NCBI RefSeq assembly: GCF_000143415.4 | Contig: NW_003314261.1 | Coordinates: 434,001 to 498,000, forward strand | DNA from: Selaginella moellendorffii | Taxonomy: Eukaryota; Plantae; Lycopodiophyta | DNA length: 64,000 nt | Direction of reading: 5' to 3' | Shown: positions 9,432-22,252 of the stretch, piece by piece | How positions within the stretch are numbered: the first letter of the stretch is position 1 | How the letters are laid out: the number at the start of each line of letters is the position of its first letter | Translations under genes and position numbers: made by a program | The notes under the pieces: generated by a model | Seen by the model: only the letters and a program-made list of their open reading frames with translations | What the model was told of the DNA's origin: nothing | The model's database searches: none

Positions 9432-12335
9432 TTATCGCTGCGGTTGCGCCAACAGGCTTTGCATCTGCAACAAAACTTAGATGAGACCACGAAGAGAACA
9501 AACATGTATACAAACCCGAGCAATTTGCTGATAGTGCTTGTCTTCCAGTGACTCTCCACTGTCGATTGTCACCAGCGCTTCAAGCGAGCCCAGGCGAGTG
9601 TCCAAGGCTCCAACTTCTTCCGCTAGTCTTCTCACTTCACCATAGCCGGAAACGCTCGCAAGTCCGGTGCTGGTACTCCGCTGGTCGTTTTTGTTGGTTT
9701 TAGCCGCTGAACCGACGAGCAATTGCCTGCATTTGGAGATGTCAGTCACATAAATGATCCGCAAAGTAACTTACTTGAGAACGAAAAGGCAAAACGCAGC
9801 CGAGGCTGGGCCAGTTATCCCAAGATTCTGGCTGACCCCGTAGGACAACTGTGCTGACGTTTGAAGCCCTTGCATCAGCTGTTTCCAATAGAAGAAAGTA
9901 TTATCGGAAATCAAACTGAAAGAAAAGAAACTTACCATCCAGCCCGAAGATAATCCCAAACAGATCAACGCAGCTATGGGAATAGCTGCTGTAATAGCAT
10001 ATGTGAACTCTGGGCTCTTGAGTTTAGTAGCCATTTCGCCCACCACTTTCTCTTGTAACACTTTGATTCCAGCACCAGATTCTGCCATCAGGGAAAGGGC
10101 AGCCATCGGGACAGCCGCTGGTTCGAAGTTAGGAGGAAACTTCGGAAATTCAATCTTGATCGGCTCCACACGACGAGTCCCTCTAAAGAAACGGTGCTTC
10201 AGTGCAGCTGCTGCAGAAGGACGACCTCTCACAAGGCCTGGAAAATAAATAATCAGATCAAGAGTAACTGCTAGCATGCATGCTTCAGTCTTACTGGGCC
10301 AAATCATGAATGCCTTGTCGTGCCGCGGTTGAAGCAAAGCAGTTACAAGCTCCCAGCCAGCGCCATCTTCACATTACACAAACAGTTAAATGATATCCAG
10401 TAAAGCCGCAATTATCATTACCATCAGCATCCAAAAGGGAAAACTCTTCCTTCGGAACTTGACATTTTTTCCTCCACTTGTTCAAATCGTATCCTGCGCG
10501 CTTAAGTTCTCCAGAAAAGTGCTTCTGCAGTTAAGCCACGTCCCTCCATAAGCTCGTAACACACGAAATTTTGATCTGCAAAGATTACCATCGCACTCTC
10601 ATGTCGCAAAGATTTTACAGACAACTGCATCATCACCAAACCCTGTAACGAAAGCTAATTAGAAGTTGAAGAGAAAACACGCGTATTGAGACTTACAGCT
10701 GAGAATACGTCAAAACGATCTGGAGTATTCAAAAGCCAGATGAGTGGCGAGATTAGCGAGCAAAGTGGATCAGGAGGAAGCCTTGGCGTTCTCGTCGGCA
10801 TGACGTACTGCTCAGGAGGTGCATAATCTGGGTCCATGATTGTTTCGTTTGGAACCTGTACTTGAAATTTTCATTTGAAAAGCATGATTTGCGAAAAATT
10901 CATCACTTACGTAATTGTAACCGGACCGTAGATTGACACATGCGCCAAGGTCAACGAGCTTAAAAGTATCCGTATCGCCAGCGAGAATTAGATTTAATGG
11001 CTTTACATCACGGTGCACAACGCCTGGGGATAAAGTAAGAACAAGATCTAAAAGACATTCGGCTGCAAACATGCTTACCGGTTCCATGGATTTGTTGTAG
11101 GTTATATAACAAGTGAGTCATTATAGTTCGGAGAATTAGAGCATTTTGTCGTTGGTTTGTAGAGCCATAACGCTTGTTTGTGGCCTAAAACAACCCTGTT
11201 ACCAACATCTGATATTAGCCAAGGCATACAACCTTACACTGTCTCCGAGAAGTTGCTTTGAGAGATTCTCTGGAAATGTCTTTTGTTTCATGTAGTGATT
11301 CAACGTATGGTAGCCTTGAAACTTCCACACTAGCCACAGCCCCTGGACAGAAAATGCAATGCAGCAATCTTAGACGCGGGTCTCAGTCGCCACTCTGTAT
11401 CTCGTACCTCTGTTAACTTTCTTTTGACTTGATCCTGCTTGACTCGCACCGTTCCCAGAAAATCAGCCACAGCCTCTGGCGCGTTTCTCTACAAAACAAC
11501 AACAATATGACTCTCTCTCTCTCTCTCTTGACCAAATTTACCTGCAAGTACCGGTTCATGTACACTTCCGTATTGTGCATTTCTGAAGAGCCCGAAACTT
11601 GAGCTTTCGCTTTCTTCAAAATGACATGCATGCCCTCGTCGCCATTGGCTGCCAAAACTCCAAAAATCAACCTGTTGGTATCAAAACACCCAGGCTCTTA
11701 CTTCCTCGGCCAATGTATCCATCATAGACGATTCCGAACGATCCTTCTCCAATGCGTCTTCCAACCTCAACTTCATTGGCTGGGAATTCCCTATTACGAT
11801 GAAACAAAGAAAACACACGCTGCGTTGAGCAACAGAGTTATAAACTTGGAAGTCGAAAACCTTTGACGACGAGCATGCAAAGGAGAAGCGAGGAAGTCAA
11901 CAACGCCAGAAATGCCGCCAGGAGAAGCCAGCAAGAACCAAAGCATTGCCGGTGCTGCGACAGCCCACCATTCCAGAGACTTGACCAAAAAAAAAAAACG
12001 TTTCAATCAAACGAGTACCACAAAAGGAAGAAATCCACGCTTACAGTCTGCGAGCTGGGAAGCACTTCCAACGAGTCTTGCAAGATCGTCTTATGGAAAA
12101 AAAGACCACTCTCCCGCAATGCATTCCCGACACTGCCCAGGATCGATCGACAAAATATCGACATCTAAGAAATTCCTTGCCTGGATTCCATCATACTGCG
12201 CTCCAAGCTCGCGACGCTCACCCGGAATCCAGCGCTGGCGCTGGAAATACGACCCCGGGAACCTCCTCGGAGCTTGCGCAGCTGGATCGGACGTCCAAGC
12301 CATGGCGATCCCAATGCGGCAGCGTAGGACGTCAT
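9432..12335 (-). CDS. STN7/STT7-family chloroplast Ser/Thr protein kinase (multi-exon)
   Basis: Transit-peptide-like N-terminus (MTSYAAALGSPWLGRPIQLRK...). Exons encode VVHRDVKPLNLI, FKLVDLGACVNLRSGYNY, DPDYAPPEQYVMPTRTP and LNTPDRFDVFSA, typical of STN7/STN8 kinases. GT-AG introns; the last exon ends MQSLLAQPQR*. Confidence 0.8.
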
Positions 12336-12695
12336 GGCGCCAGAGATCGCCGCCCCTCCCGCACCACAGCTAGGCGATAAGATTGCGATTCTTGGATCGC
12401 AAAATAAATCCCGCCGTTTAGGGTTCTGTCAGCTAAGATGCTGCCACGTGTTAGCGCGTATAGCCGTGTGATCTAGACAAGCGTGCCGGCTTGGAATGAC
12501 CGTGTCATACTCGCCAATGGTCTATTCTGCCAACACGAAGGAGGCGCACGAACAGCATTATTAGATTTCTAGGTCTTGTGCCTCTCTCGCTGAGATCTCT
12601 GGGCAGAGATCGATCATAGATCACTTAGCCAGCAATCGCAAGCCAGGAATCGATACTTCGCGAGATTTTTTTCTTCGGGACATCGATCGATCGCG

Positions 12696-13565
12696 ATGGC
12701 AGTGAGTAGCAGTAGCTTGATGGGTCGATCGACTGGATCGATTGATTGATTGATTGGTGGGTTTGTTTGCAGCAAAGGAATAGAGCTGGGTCTCACGTCC
12801 CGCGATTTGGGAATTGGGATCCCAACGATCACGCGCCCTACACCAAGGTGTTCGAGTCGGCCAGAGCTGGAAGAGGCGGCCGATTGATCAACCCAAATGA
12901 TCCATCCGAGAACCCAGAAGCATTTGGAGCGTTTCCTCCACCGCCTGCCACTGTTGCCCCAAAATCGCCCCATCGCCAAGAACAGCACCAGCATCAACAA
13001 GACAATCCGACGGATCCAGCGCGAAGATCGCGCACGGAGCAACGAATTGGCAGCAGGGAGGACGGGGAATTCAAGAAATACATGGAATCGCCCGCGCGCT
13101 ACCGGCAATCACCTGCTATGGTGGGAAGAACTCCATCCTCGTCCTCCGATAGCAACCGGCGCTACAATGGATCAGACATCCATCGATCGCCGCTCCATCC
13201 GCAAGCCAAGGTAAGAAGATCTTGGGCAGCTGGATTTCACGGTTTTGGATCGCTTGCTGGCACAGATTCCCGAGAGGAACGCGCCTGCATTGCCCAAATT
13301 CGGGGACTGGGATCCCAAGGATCCATCGTCGGGAGAGGGCTTCACGACAATCTTTAACAATGCGAGGAACGAGCGGCAGCCGGGAAGAATTCAACAGGAC
13401 AGTGCTCCGGATCATCAGCAGCATGGCTATGGACGAGGAGGAGGAGCTCATCCCGGTCGCAAGCAGCAAGTAAGTCCTCGCGACTCAATTGGAGAAAAAA
13501 GAAATTCTTTGACTGTTTCGATTCTTTCTTCCTTGCAGAGCAACTGGTTTTGCTGCTTTGGCTGA
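12696..13565 (+). CDS. RIN4: RPM1-interacting protein 4-like (two NOI / AvrRpt2-cleavage motifs)
   Basis: Micro first exon (MA), VPRFGNWD...YTKVFESAR, LPKFGDWD...GFTTIFNNAR, and a C-terminal WFCCFG acylation motif; three introns. Confidence 0.88.
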
Positions 13566-13709
13566 TTGATCCATGGCGACAGACAGTGAAAACTATAGTG
13601 CTACCATTTTTGTGATTGATAGAAAGAGACCATTGTTGCCAAAAGACCATAAGTAAGGTATGTACACAAACCATAAAGGAAGAGATTTTTTTCATGCAAA
13701 GCTTAGAAG

Positions 13710-13781
13710 AGGTTTCGCCGAGATTCGAACTCGGGTTACTGGATTCAGAGTCCAGTGTCATCACCACTAGACCACGAAACC
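13710..13781 (-). tRNA. tRNA-Gln (CTG)
   Basis: Reverse complement GGTTTCGTGGTCTAGTGGTGATGACACTGGACTCTGAATCCAGTAACCCGAGTTCGAATCTCGGCGAAACCT: 72 nt, anticodon CTG. Confidence 0.93.
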
Positions 13782-14108
13782 ATTTTTCGCAAAGAGAGTT
13801 TTTTTCTTGTTCTGGGGAAACGCTTAAGAGAAACCAAAGTTATAGCTTGCTCGGTCCCAAAAGCTCAAACGATTCTTCTTCTTCTTGATATGATCTATAC
13901 TTACGAACGTATGTTGAGCGAAGCGCTCAACTATATTTCATGCAAGCGATTCACAAAAGAGACTGTACAAAAGCGAAAGGCTTACCCCCACAAACGCTAA
14001 AAGCTTCCTCTTTGACGAAAGACACGCCATCCAGCATTGACGCACTGCGCAAGAGCCCAAGAGACAATCAGAGACGATCGAAGACCAAATGCGCAAAGAC
14101 GAACGTTT

Positions 14109-15617
14109 TCACGAGTTTTCGCTAGCGCCTGCTCGTCGGAACCACGTCGCAAAAGCCATGGCCAGGTTCGAGCTCTCGTCCAGCCCGCGAGAAGCGAAGC
14201 TCAGGCACTGCTGGAGAAGCTCCTGAGCATCGCCAACCGGAAGCGTCGAGATGAGCTTGAGGAACACCTCCTCCAGATTCTGGTGGAGCTGCTTGTTGCA
14301 GTTCGCCGACACTGCGTTCTCCTTGGAAGTTATGAGAACTGGAAGCCAGTCCCTCACCATCTTCTTCCTCACCTCCCTGGAAACTAGGATGGATCCGGTA
14401 ACCATGGCCTGAGCGAGGCGAGATGTGCACCGGAGTAGAACCGCGGGCAAGCCGGGTACATTGTTCCTCCAGACGTCGTCCATGAAAGCTCTCTTCAAGT
14501 TGGCAGTGAAGGAACTCTGCTCGCTCCACTCGAGCACGGCATTCTCCGCGACTTTGAGCTCGATCATCCGTTCCACAAGCCATAGCAAGTGCCTCCCGCT
14601 CACCACCGCCGTGTGAAGATTCTGCCGCTGCATGGCTTCGATCTCGTCGTGCCTCCCGCGGACGTTCGGGCTCGAGTACTCCTCCACCGAGTCCTTGACC
14701 GTCTTGAGCCCATTCTTGAAAGCGTTGTCCAGGACCAACCTCACAGTCTCCCTCGACTTGTGGCTGTCGAGGATCTTCCCCACGAAGAGCTTCACGCTCG
14801 CAGCGTTCTGATGGTTGTGGGTGGCGGCGTAGACGAGCTCGCTCAGCATCGTCTCCACGGCGCTGTCACTCCCGGGGATCACCCTGGCGATGATCTCCGG
14901 CGTCTCCTCGAGCTGGAGATAGTTGAGAAGCTGGAGGATTTGCTGCTCCTCCTCCCTGCTCCAGGGAACAGCCTCGAGGAACTTCAAGCACCGCGCCATG
15001 CAGTCATCGTAGAGAAGCTCGGCGGTCACTGGGAGAAGCGCCAATGCGGACTGGACATCCACGATAGCCTCGCTGAAATTCTCCGTGTAGAAGAGCCTGA
15101 GGATCCCGAGGTAGACCGGCATGGGAGAAGTGGTGTTGATCCTGAGATGCGTCTTTGGAGGCTCTTGCTCGGCCGCCATGGAAGCCTGATCGTCGCCTTT
15201 CCATCGCTCGGACAGGAGCGCTGCGAAATACCTCGATTTGGCGAGCACTTGGGAGTGGAGATGGAGCACATTCTCCTCCTCGTCGCCGATGAGATGCACC
15301 ACGACGTCGGCGGTGGATTCCTCGCCGAAGGAGATGATCCGCGCCTTGTCTGGATCGACCTTGACATCCCTGGAACCCTGTTCTTGCAGCTGCTCCTGGT
15401 GCTGCTGCTCGTCCCCGGCGCAATCTTCTCGATTCGCGGGGAAGCCATTACCTGTGATCTGCCCCACTCGGCTGCTGTCGCTCCCAGACGATGATACGCG
15501 CTGCCGCTTCCTGGCCATGGCGCTCGCGATCTCGTCCCTCTTCGCCATTATCCACTCTACCCTAATCTTTTGTTTGGAGACGAAGAGAAATATCCTTTTA
15601 TCTCGAGCTTTCGCCAT
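14109..15617 (-). CDS. Plant BTB/POZ-domain protein (At1g63850/At3g05675-like family), intronless
   Basis: 502-aa ORF with ADVVVHL...LHLHSQVLAKSRYFAALLSERW and CLKFLEAVPWSREEE; the start may instead be the ATG at 15548. Confidence 0.85.
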   Translation of the reverse strand: MAKARDKRIFLFVSKQKIRVEWIMAKRDEIASAMARKRQRVSSSGSDSSRVGQITGNGFPANREDCAGDEQQHQEQLQEQGSRDVKVDPDKARIISFGEESTADVVVHLIGDEEENVLHLHSQVLAKSRYFAALLSERWKGDDQASMAAEQEPPKTHLRINTTSPMPVYLGILRLFYTENFSEAIVDVQSALALLPVTAELLYDDCMARCLKFLEAVPWSREEEQQILQLLNYLQLEETPEIIARVIPGSDSAVETMLSELVYAATHNHQNAASVKLFVGKILDSHKSRETVRLVLDNAFKNGLKTVKDSVEEYSSPNVRGRHDEIEAMQRQNLHTAVVSGRHLLWLVERMIELKVAENAVLEWSEQSSFTANLKRAFMDDVWRNNVPGLPAVLLRCTSRLAQAMVTGSILVSREVRKKMVRDWLPVLITSKENAVSANCNKQLHQNLEEVFLKLISTLPVGDAQELLQQCLSFASRGLDESSNLAMAFATWFRRAGASENS

Positions 15618-15732
15618 CCCGTCCAGCTCAAAACTTGGCTACCTGGATAAAAATTCCGAGAGCTACAGGCACACGATGATGCAATCCACGACAGACGATG
15701 AGAACTATAGAAAAACAAAACTTTGAGCTGCG

Positions 15733-18338
15733 TTACACGAGTTTTACGATAGAAACCTGTGACAAACAAGGAACACGAATGAATCCATGAAAGAAAAGAG
15801 AGAACTTTGTGAGTACCTTGCGCGGTTCGCACTTGACGATGCAGTCCAGCAGCGAGGATTCAAGCACCATCGCGCTTGAATCCTTCACGAGCTCGCATTT
15901 GCCATCCTTTTCTCTGTAGACGGGGAACGTTCTAGTCGAGGGCGAGGTCGAGTGAAGCTCGAAGTTGAAGCCGCTGTCATGGAGCTTCTTTGCGAATGAC
16001 ACCGAGAGAATGTAGCCTCCAAGAGGACTTGCAGCACTGCACAGCTCCAAGTCCTTGTTGTCCTTGCAAGCGTAGCGCCTCACAAGCTCGTAGCTAAGCG
16101 AGTTCTCGTTTTGGAGCTCTCGGAATCCAATGACGTCCATGGATGGTTGCCATTCCACCGTTTGGATGGTTAACTCCGATGCTTGTGCCTCTGCATATCC
16201 AAAAAGGAAGGGATCCGCTATCCTTGCCTGTGAAGTTGGATCATCCAGCACCTGAACAAAAAGATATAGAAGATGGTGACCAAAATGCTTTTAAAGAACC
16301 TTGCCTGTAAGTAATCGAGACCTTTCTCTGCAAACTCTGAGGTAAGGCCTTCAGTAGCTAGAGCTTTCAGCACTCCGCCATCGCCAGTTACCGACTGCAA
16401 AAGTTTCCATGGTGACATTCTCAATATCTGGTGATCACCAGCGACTGTGTTTGTGTCAAAACAGGGAACTGTTTCTACGGTTATAACGCAGACCTGCATT
16501 CAAAGAAACAACGTGAAACTTAAGCTTGAAAAGCTAGCTATAGTCTTACTTGCGTGGATTGGAGCCCGAAGAATTCTTCTTCGTCCAGAAGTGAACGAAT
16601 CGGTTCAATGAGATCCGAGCTGGTACAAATGAACCAAGGTATTTGGCAGACGTCTCCTGGAAATTCCTACGCTCCCACAGTTAGTGGTGAAGACTACCTT
16701 TTATGAACAAGAGCACTCACGAGCGTAGCAAGGTTTTCAATTGTTCGAAGATGTTGAGCAAGAAGCTGGAGTCGTGATTTTTGTTTGTCCAGTTTTTGAT
16801 CCCCGTCGTCATTCGGACGTATCAAGGAAGCAACAGCCACTCTATTGCTTGCAATAACATCGAGTCCCCGCTTCCAATAACCTTTTCCACTGTTTGTTTC
16901 GCCATCTCCCGTATATGTGCCTTCTTTCATCCACCTCTCGAGCTCCTGCTTGGAAACCAAGGGAATCTCGGGAATCTTGGTGAAGCCACTCAACCTGCAT
17001 TCGTTCTTTACAGGAGAACATTAACAGCAAAAATATGCACGGTCATACCGTTTTAGAACGCTCGCAAGCTTTCACAAAGGACACTTGAAGAGCTTTGAAG
17101 TCGATGTTCAAAAGCTCCTTCAGCAACGAATCTCGCTCTTCTTGCTCGCCGACAGAAAGTCCTGCTAAAAGGTGGTCCTGCTTGGATTTTATCAGACTTT
17201 TCTTTAAGCCACTCTTTCTCATTTGCAACTTCCGCATGGCTTTCACCTCCTATAAGAACCGTTAATTCGGCAGATTATAGAACTCACTTTCGGCCTACCT
17301 CTTTGCGTGCTTCAGCTTTCTCCTTGCGTTTCGCGGGCGTATTCAGCTCCAGTAGCCCCTCGGGAGGATCCACTATCACTCGCCTTTGCTCCATATCAAC
17401 CACGGGAACTATAGCTTCGACAAAAGGAATCCAAATAAGAGGGCCCTCACCAACAGATGAAGCTGGATTTCGTTGGACACGCAGCAAATCACTGGCTCCA
17501 AAGTTGCACATATCAGCAATAGTTCCAATGTTTTCCATGGAGCTCTATCATAAAATATAGTAAAGTAAACAAGGCATGAGCATGAAGTAACAAAATTCAT
17601 ACCTGGACAAAAACGTCCATGCCTATGAGATCTGGAATGTAAAACTCGCCTTCTTCCAGAGCAGGCCGTTCGTCACGCTTGACAAGCATGGTAGCACCAA
17701 TATACTTCGAAGCCTGAAAAAAAATACAAATTTTGTCAAAGAGTAAGAACATCTGAGCTTACCTTCTCGACCGAGTCCACATTTTTCAGCGTAAGCAACC
17801 AGCACGGTAGCTTGCCAGCTCGATTTCTTCCACTGACGAGATCCACACACTCTATCGTCTCTTCACCTCTCTCGGAGATTTTCATCCATCGCTTCCCAGG
17901 CTGAAAGAAGCAAGATAAAACTTACAAATTGTTTTTCTTCTAAAGAGAACTTGCCTTCTCAAATCGTTCTTGAGGGAAATCGGTAGAGGACCGAATGAGC
18001 AACTCCCCACGAACTCCATGCTTTCTAATCACAACGCCCACCTCCACAAACTCATCCCTGACCTTGTCTTCGTCTTGAATCGATTCAACAGATTTCTTAT
18101 CCACTGTGCCAGAAAAAGCATCAAACGAGAAAGAATGCGTTCGCTTGAGCTTACCAGTGGCAAGAGCTGTGAACCTGGTGCCGCAAGAAATCACTCTCGC
18201 GGTGAGAATCCGAGCGCCATTGCTGCCGTCGGTGCTGCTAATCCTGGATGAAGATGGAGGCCACGATGAAAGAAATGTGATTCCCGAGCGAGGAATCGAA
18301 AGGACATGTGAAGAAGAAGCTCCGAGCGCCAGCGCCAT
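15733..18338 (-). CDS. rimM: Plastid 16S rRNA processing protein RimM with C-terminal nucleotidyltransferase-like extension (multi-exon)
   Basis: Transit peptide; EFVEVGVVIRKHGVRGELLIRSSTDFPQERF; PRC barrel GASDLLRV...WIPFVEAIVPVVDMEQRRVIVDPPEGLLELN; the C-terminal exons resemble the plant RimM extension. Confidence 0.85.
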
Positions 18339-18453
18339 GGGCAAGCATTCAATCTAGGGATTCTATCAGCTCCCGGCATTTCACAAGCCCTAGAACAGAG
18401 CTTATTTGAATTCTAGGTTTAGCGGGAAGAGGGCGAGCTAGGGTGTGGTGGAA

Positions 18454-21400
18454 ATGGCGCTCTCCTCCCTCGCCGATGCGCCATCGCTCTCCAGATCGTG
18501 TAAGTTCGCCGAGAACCCTCCCATTTGATCCTTTTTTCGTCTGTTTGCAGCCGAATCGGGCCTTCCGCCGCTTGGACGATCCTGGTCCCGTGCTCGTCAC
18601 GACGACAGATCGATAGACGCGCTTTTTGATGAAGGTAAGGATGTAGAATGAATTGGTCTAGAGCTGAGAGATTTCCTACTTCGTTGATTCAAGGTCTGGT
18701 AGGGATTGACGAGGAAAGTCCATTGGAATTGCCAGTGTCCACAAAGACGTCGAGTGTTACTGAAAGTACACGCACTGATTCAGCTCAAGGCAGCCACTCT
18801 GTGAGCTCGTTTACTGTCAAAAAAGATGATGCTGAGAAACAGTGCTCCACTCCAACCATGTTTCCCAGCGTGAATCCCACTTTGAGCTCTCCGACAGAAG
18901 AATGCAAGCCAGAGACACCACCGGATGAGTAAGATGGAGACTCAAACACTTCATCCAGCGAAAAGCATTCGAAAATCGACACTCCTCGTTTGATTTACAT
19001 TTTCGACAGGGAAATCTTCAAGAGGAAATGGAAGGAAAATCTCGTTCCACCTCCAAGCTTGGAAAAGAAGAGTTCCTTTGACAGCCTTCTCACTCATGTT
19101 TCGTCTGTTAAACACGACCAAGAGCCTTGGAAGAAAAAGGTACGTCGATCTCATATGGTTTTTATTCTCTTATTTTTCCACGTTTATTTCACAGGATGAC
19201 GACTGGGGTGAGAGCTCAGATATCCTATCTATGCTTCCGGATGGCTCGGAGGGTGACTTTAATAAGGCAAAACCGGAAAGAAGGCCATCTAATATATCGA
19301 AGAAGCCAACGACTGAAAGACCGGATACACCATTTGAGTTTGGTGAGTACCAACCTTCGTGCCTCTCGGGAAAAACTCCTATAGCCGGAAGAAGACGAAT
19401 GAGCCCCACAAATTTCAGCTCAACACTAGGCAACACGGAGGCAACGAGCAAGCTCTCAGATAGTACGAGCCATACAAAACGAGATGGAGACGACATTTCG
19501 TTAATCATCCCCGTTACTCCTCCAGTTGACAAACAAGCCAAGCCCACTCCAGCAATCCAGCAACGTGAAAAAGGTATGAACAGCCTCAGTTTTCGTTGGA
19601 AAAACGTTGTATTTTTCAGCGCAACCAAAAGCACACCGAATTTCTTTTGCAAGTGGTCTCGAAACCCTGAGTTCGCAGGTAAAATGCTTCGATATAGTAT
19701 GCTTCTAAGTTGCTGTTTTGCAGGAATCTGAAGAATCAGGATCCGACAAGCGTGCAGTTCCTGAGAGTGGGAACTCGGAAAGCACATTGTTTGAGAGACT
19801 AAGACAAACTCTAGTCTCGAAAGGGATCCTTGAAAGCGAGAAAAATCAACTAACAGATGAAGTCAAGCAACTGAAATCTGAGAACTCCTCACTGAAAGAA
19901 GAAATTCTTAAGGTTGAGAAAGAAAAGCTGCGAATTGAGAAGGAGATTTCTGAGATTGAAATCTCTAGCAATTCAGCACTGTGCAAGCAATTTTCAGAAG
20001 ATAAAGAGGAGGCACAAAAGATTGTTGTGCAGCTATCATCTGAAATCCATCTTTTGAAAAACACTTGCATTCTTGCGGACGAGAAGCTGTCGTCATTACA
20101 GCGAGTTTACCAAGAAGAGGTACCTGTTTTTACGTTTTTTTTGCTTTCAACAGATTGTTCTGAAATGTTCTGAAATGCATGCAGGTGAATATATTGAAAA
20201 TCTCCCATGCGAGGGAAATTGAAGCGAAGGAGAATCAGCTGAACAGCGAGGTAAACGGATTTCTCCTTCTTCTCAATCTCTAGGACCTTTTCTGCCTTGT
20301 TGTAGAGAGCATTTGTGGCAAATCAAAAGCATACGATGGAAATGCTCACGCAGCTAGTCTCAAAATCCAATGACTGGTGTACTAAGGTCGACGAGATACA
20401 GCATTGGATGGTTACAGAGAAAGAGAACTCTAATAAGTTCAGGACTGAATGGCTGGACGGGTTTGAGAGATCAATGCATCAGCAACACACGTTCATGAAT
20501 GAGTGGCAAAACCAGGTTCAGCAAATTCTGAGTTTTACGTGTTTCTCTTCTAAAGCCTCGCCATGGATACTGCAGTTGGAGGAGCTAATGCGAATTCTTT
20601 CATTGTCTGTCCATAACATTAAAGATTTACAGACTACTGAGAGGGATAGTCTCCTCAGAGAGCGAGCACATTTACAAGCACTTCAGGTTTGAACTGATTT
20701 CTTAAGTCGCAAATCAAAATCTGTTTTTGTAAGTAGGAAGCTGTCCAACGTGAGCGATCCCAGTCTCTGGCGGATCTTACAGCGTCAAGGCAGAAGATGG
20801 ACGAGCTCAGAAGTATGTGTCTTCAAGAAAAGGAGTCATTTCTTCAAAAGTGCTTTGAGGTCAGAGCGCGATTTGTTTTTCAAACTTAGCCACCAACCAG
20901 CAAATGAAATGCAGGAAAAAAAGGAACTTGCTGGTGAACGTGATGCAGTACTTCGAATGAAGGAACAGCTATATCATGCAGATGTCTCACTTGAGAAGCA
21001 ACTTGTGGAACATGCAGCGAGAATACAAAATGGTTTGGTGGCTGTGGTAGTTTGTTGCCGAGTTCTGTTGTCTTGACAAGATTTTTTCCTTGCCCTGTGC
21101 CACCAGAAACTGGAGAGTTGTCCAAACAACGATCTGATCTTGAAAGAGCGCGAGTTATGGCTGCTGAGATTGCACAGGAAGTGGAAGATGGACGGCGGGA
21201 CCTAGAGATGCGATACCAGGAACTTGACAAGGAAAAGGTGCAAAGTTTTTCAATACCTACAAAATTATGTGAAAACAGTTGCTTTCAGAGATTCTATGAC
21301 ACTGAAAATTCAACAACGGACGCAAGGCATAGCTGCGGACGAAAGAACAGGTCGAGGACAGGTAAACAAAAGAAGCGTGCTTCGGACCCGACCACTCCGC

Positions 21401-21758
21401 TCTTCAAGTTGATACAGCACAATCCATGGTAAGTTTCCATTGCTTTAGCCTTTGTTTCCTCAAAAAGTGTGTTTTTTCCATGCAGGAATGACACTGTGAA
21501 GCAACTTAGAAAGAAAGTTAAGCGCAAGTTTGACATCGCAAGCAGCTCGTCGTGTGCTCCTCAAGGGGCGGGCGAAGAACTTATGGCAAGCACGGAGGTA
21601 TGCTTCAGAAGCAATGAGAATTTTTGTTGATTTTCGTTTCATAGGCTCTACTTCGGTTGCAAGAGCAGCAGCAGTTCTTGCATGAAGCTGAGAAAACGTT
21701 GAAGTCCAACGAACGGTGGACCAAGAACTTTCTTAGCAGCGGGAAGAACATTCCTTAG
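18454..21758 (+). CDS. Uncharacterised multi-exon protein: low-complexity N-half, long coiled-coil C-half
   Basis: A chain of in-frame exons with GT-AG introns of ~50-60 bp; heptad-rich E/K/Q/L segments; the last exon ends ...SSGKNIP*. Confidence 0.65.
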
Positions 21759-22252
21759 TTATATGCTCGGGGAGTTTACTTTAAAAATGCCCCTCAAGAA
21801 GATACCCTGGTGGAATTCGTGGATATCCACTGTCGACTTTCGAGTGGCAGGCAAACGTGGAAGGGTGGGAGGAGGGAAGCTGCGTTTTGGGTTCTTAGGG
21901 CGCAGCCGTGTCAGCGCCATCGCTTCAGGTACTGTTACCATCATCTGATGAATTTGGCATGATCTTGGCGATCTTCTTTCCAGGCAACACCGCTCTCGCG
22001 CTTCTGGCATGGATTGGTTTCCTCCCTTTCGATCCTACTAATGCTTCTGCTGCTAAGACTTGGTAAGAACAACTTCAGGCTCAGGAACATAGTTTTTGCC
22101 GGGAGGACAACCATGGGGATTCGCCACTGGCTTTTGGTGCTCACCTTCTACCTGGGAAAAGAATATGATGAGGATGGAATTCGGTAGTGGATTGTAGCTC
22201 AGGGATACAGTTACAGGCTAGAAAAACGTGAAAAGTTTTGGACTTGGTAACG

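Noticed and set aside
14589-15494. 301-aa antisense ORF over the BTB gene (similarly 26267-26899 and 30228-30905)
   Set aside because: Shadow ORFs of GC3-rich coding sequence with no recognisable motifs.
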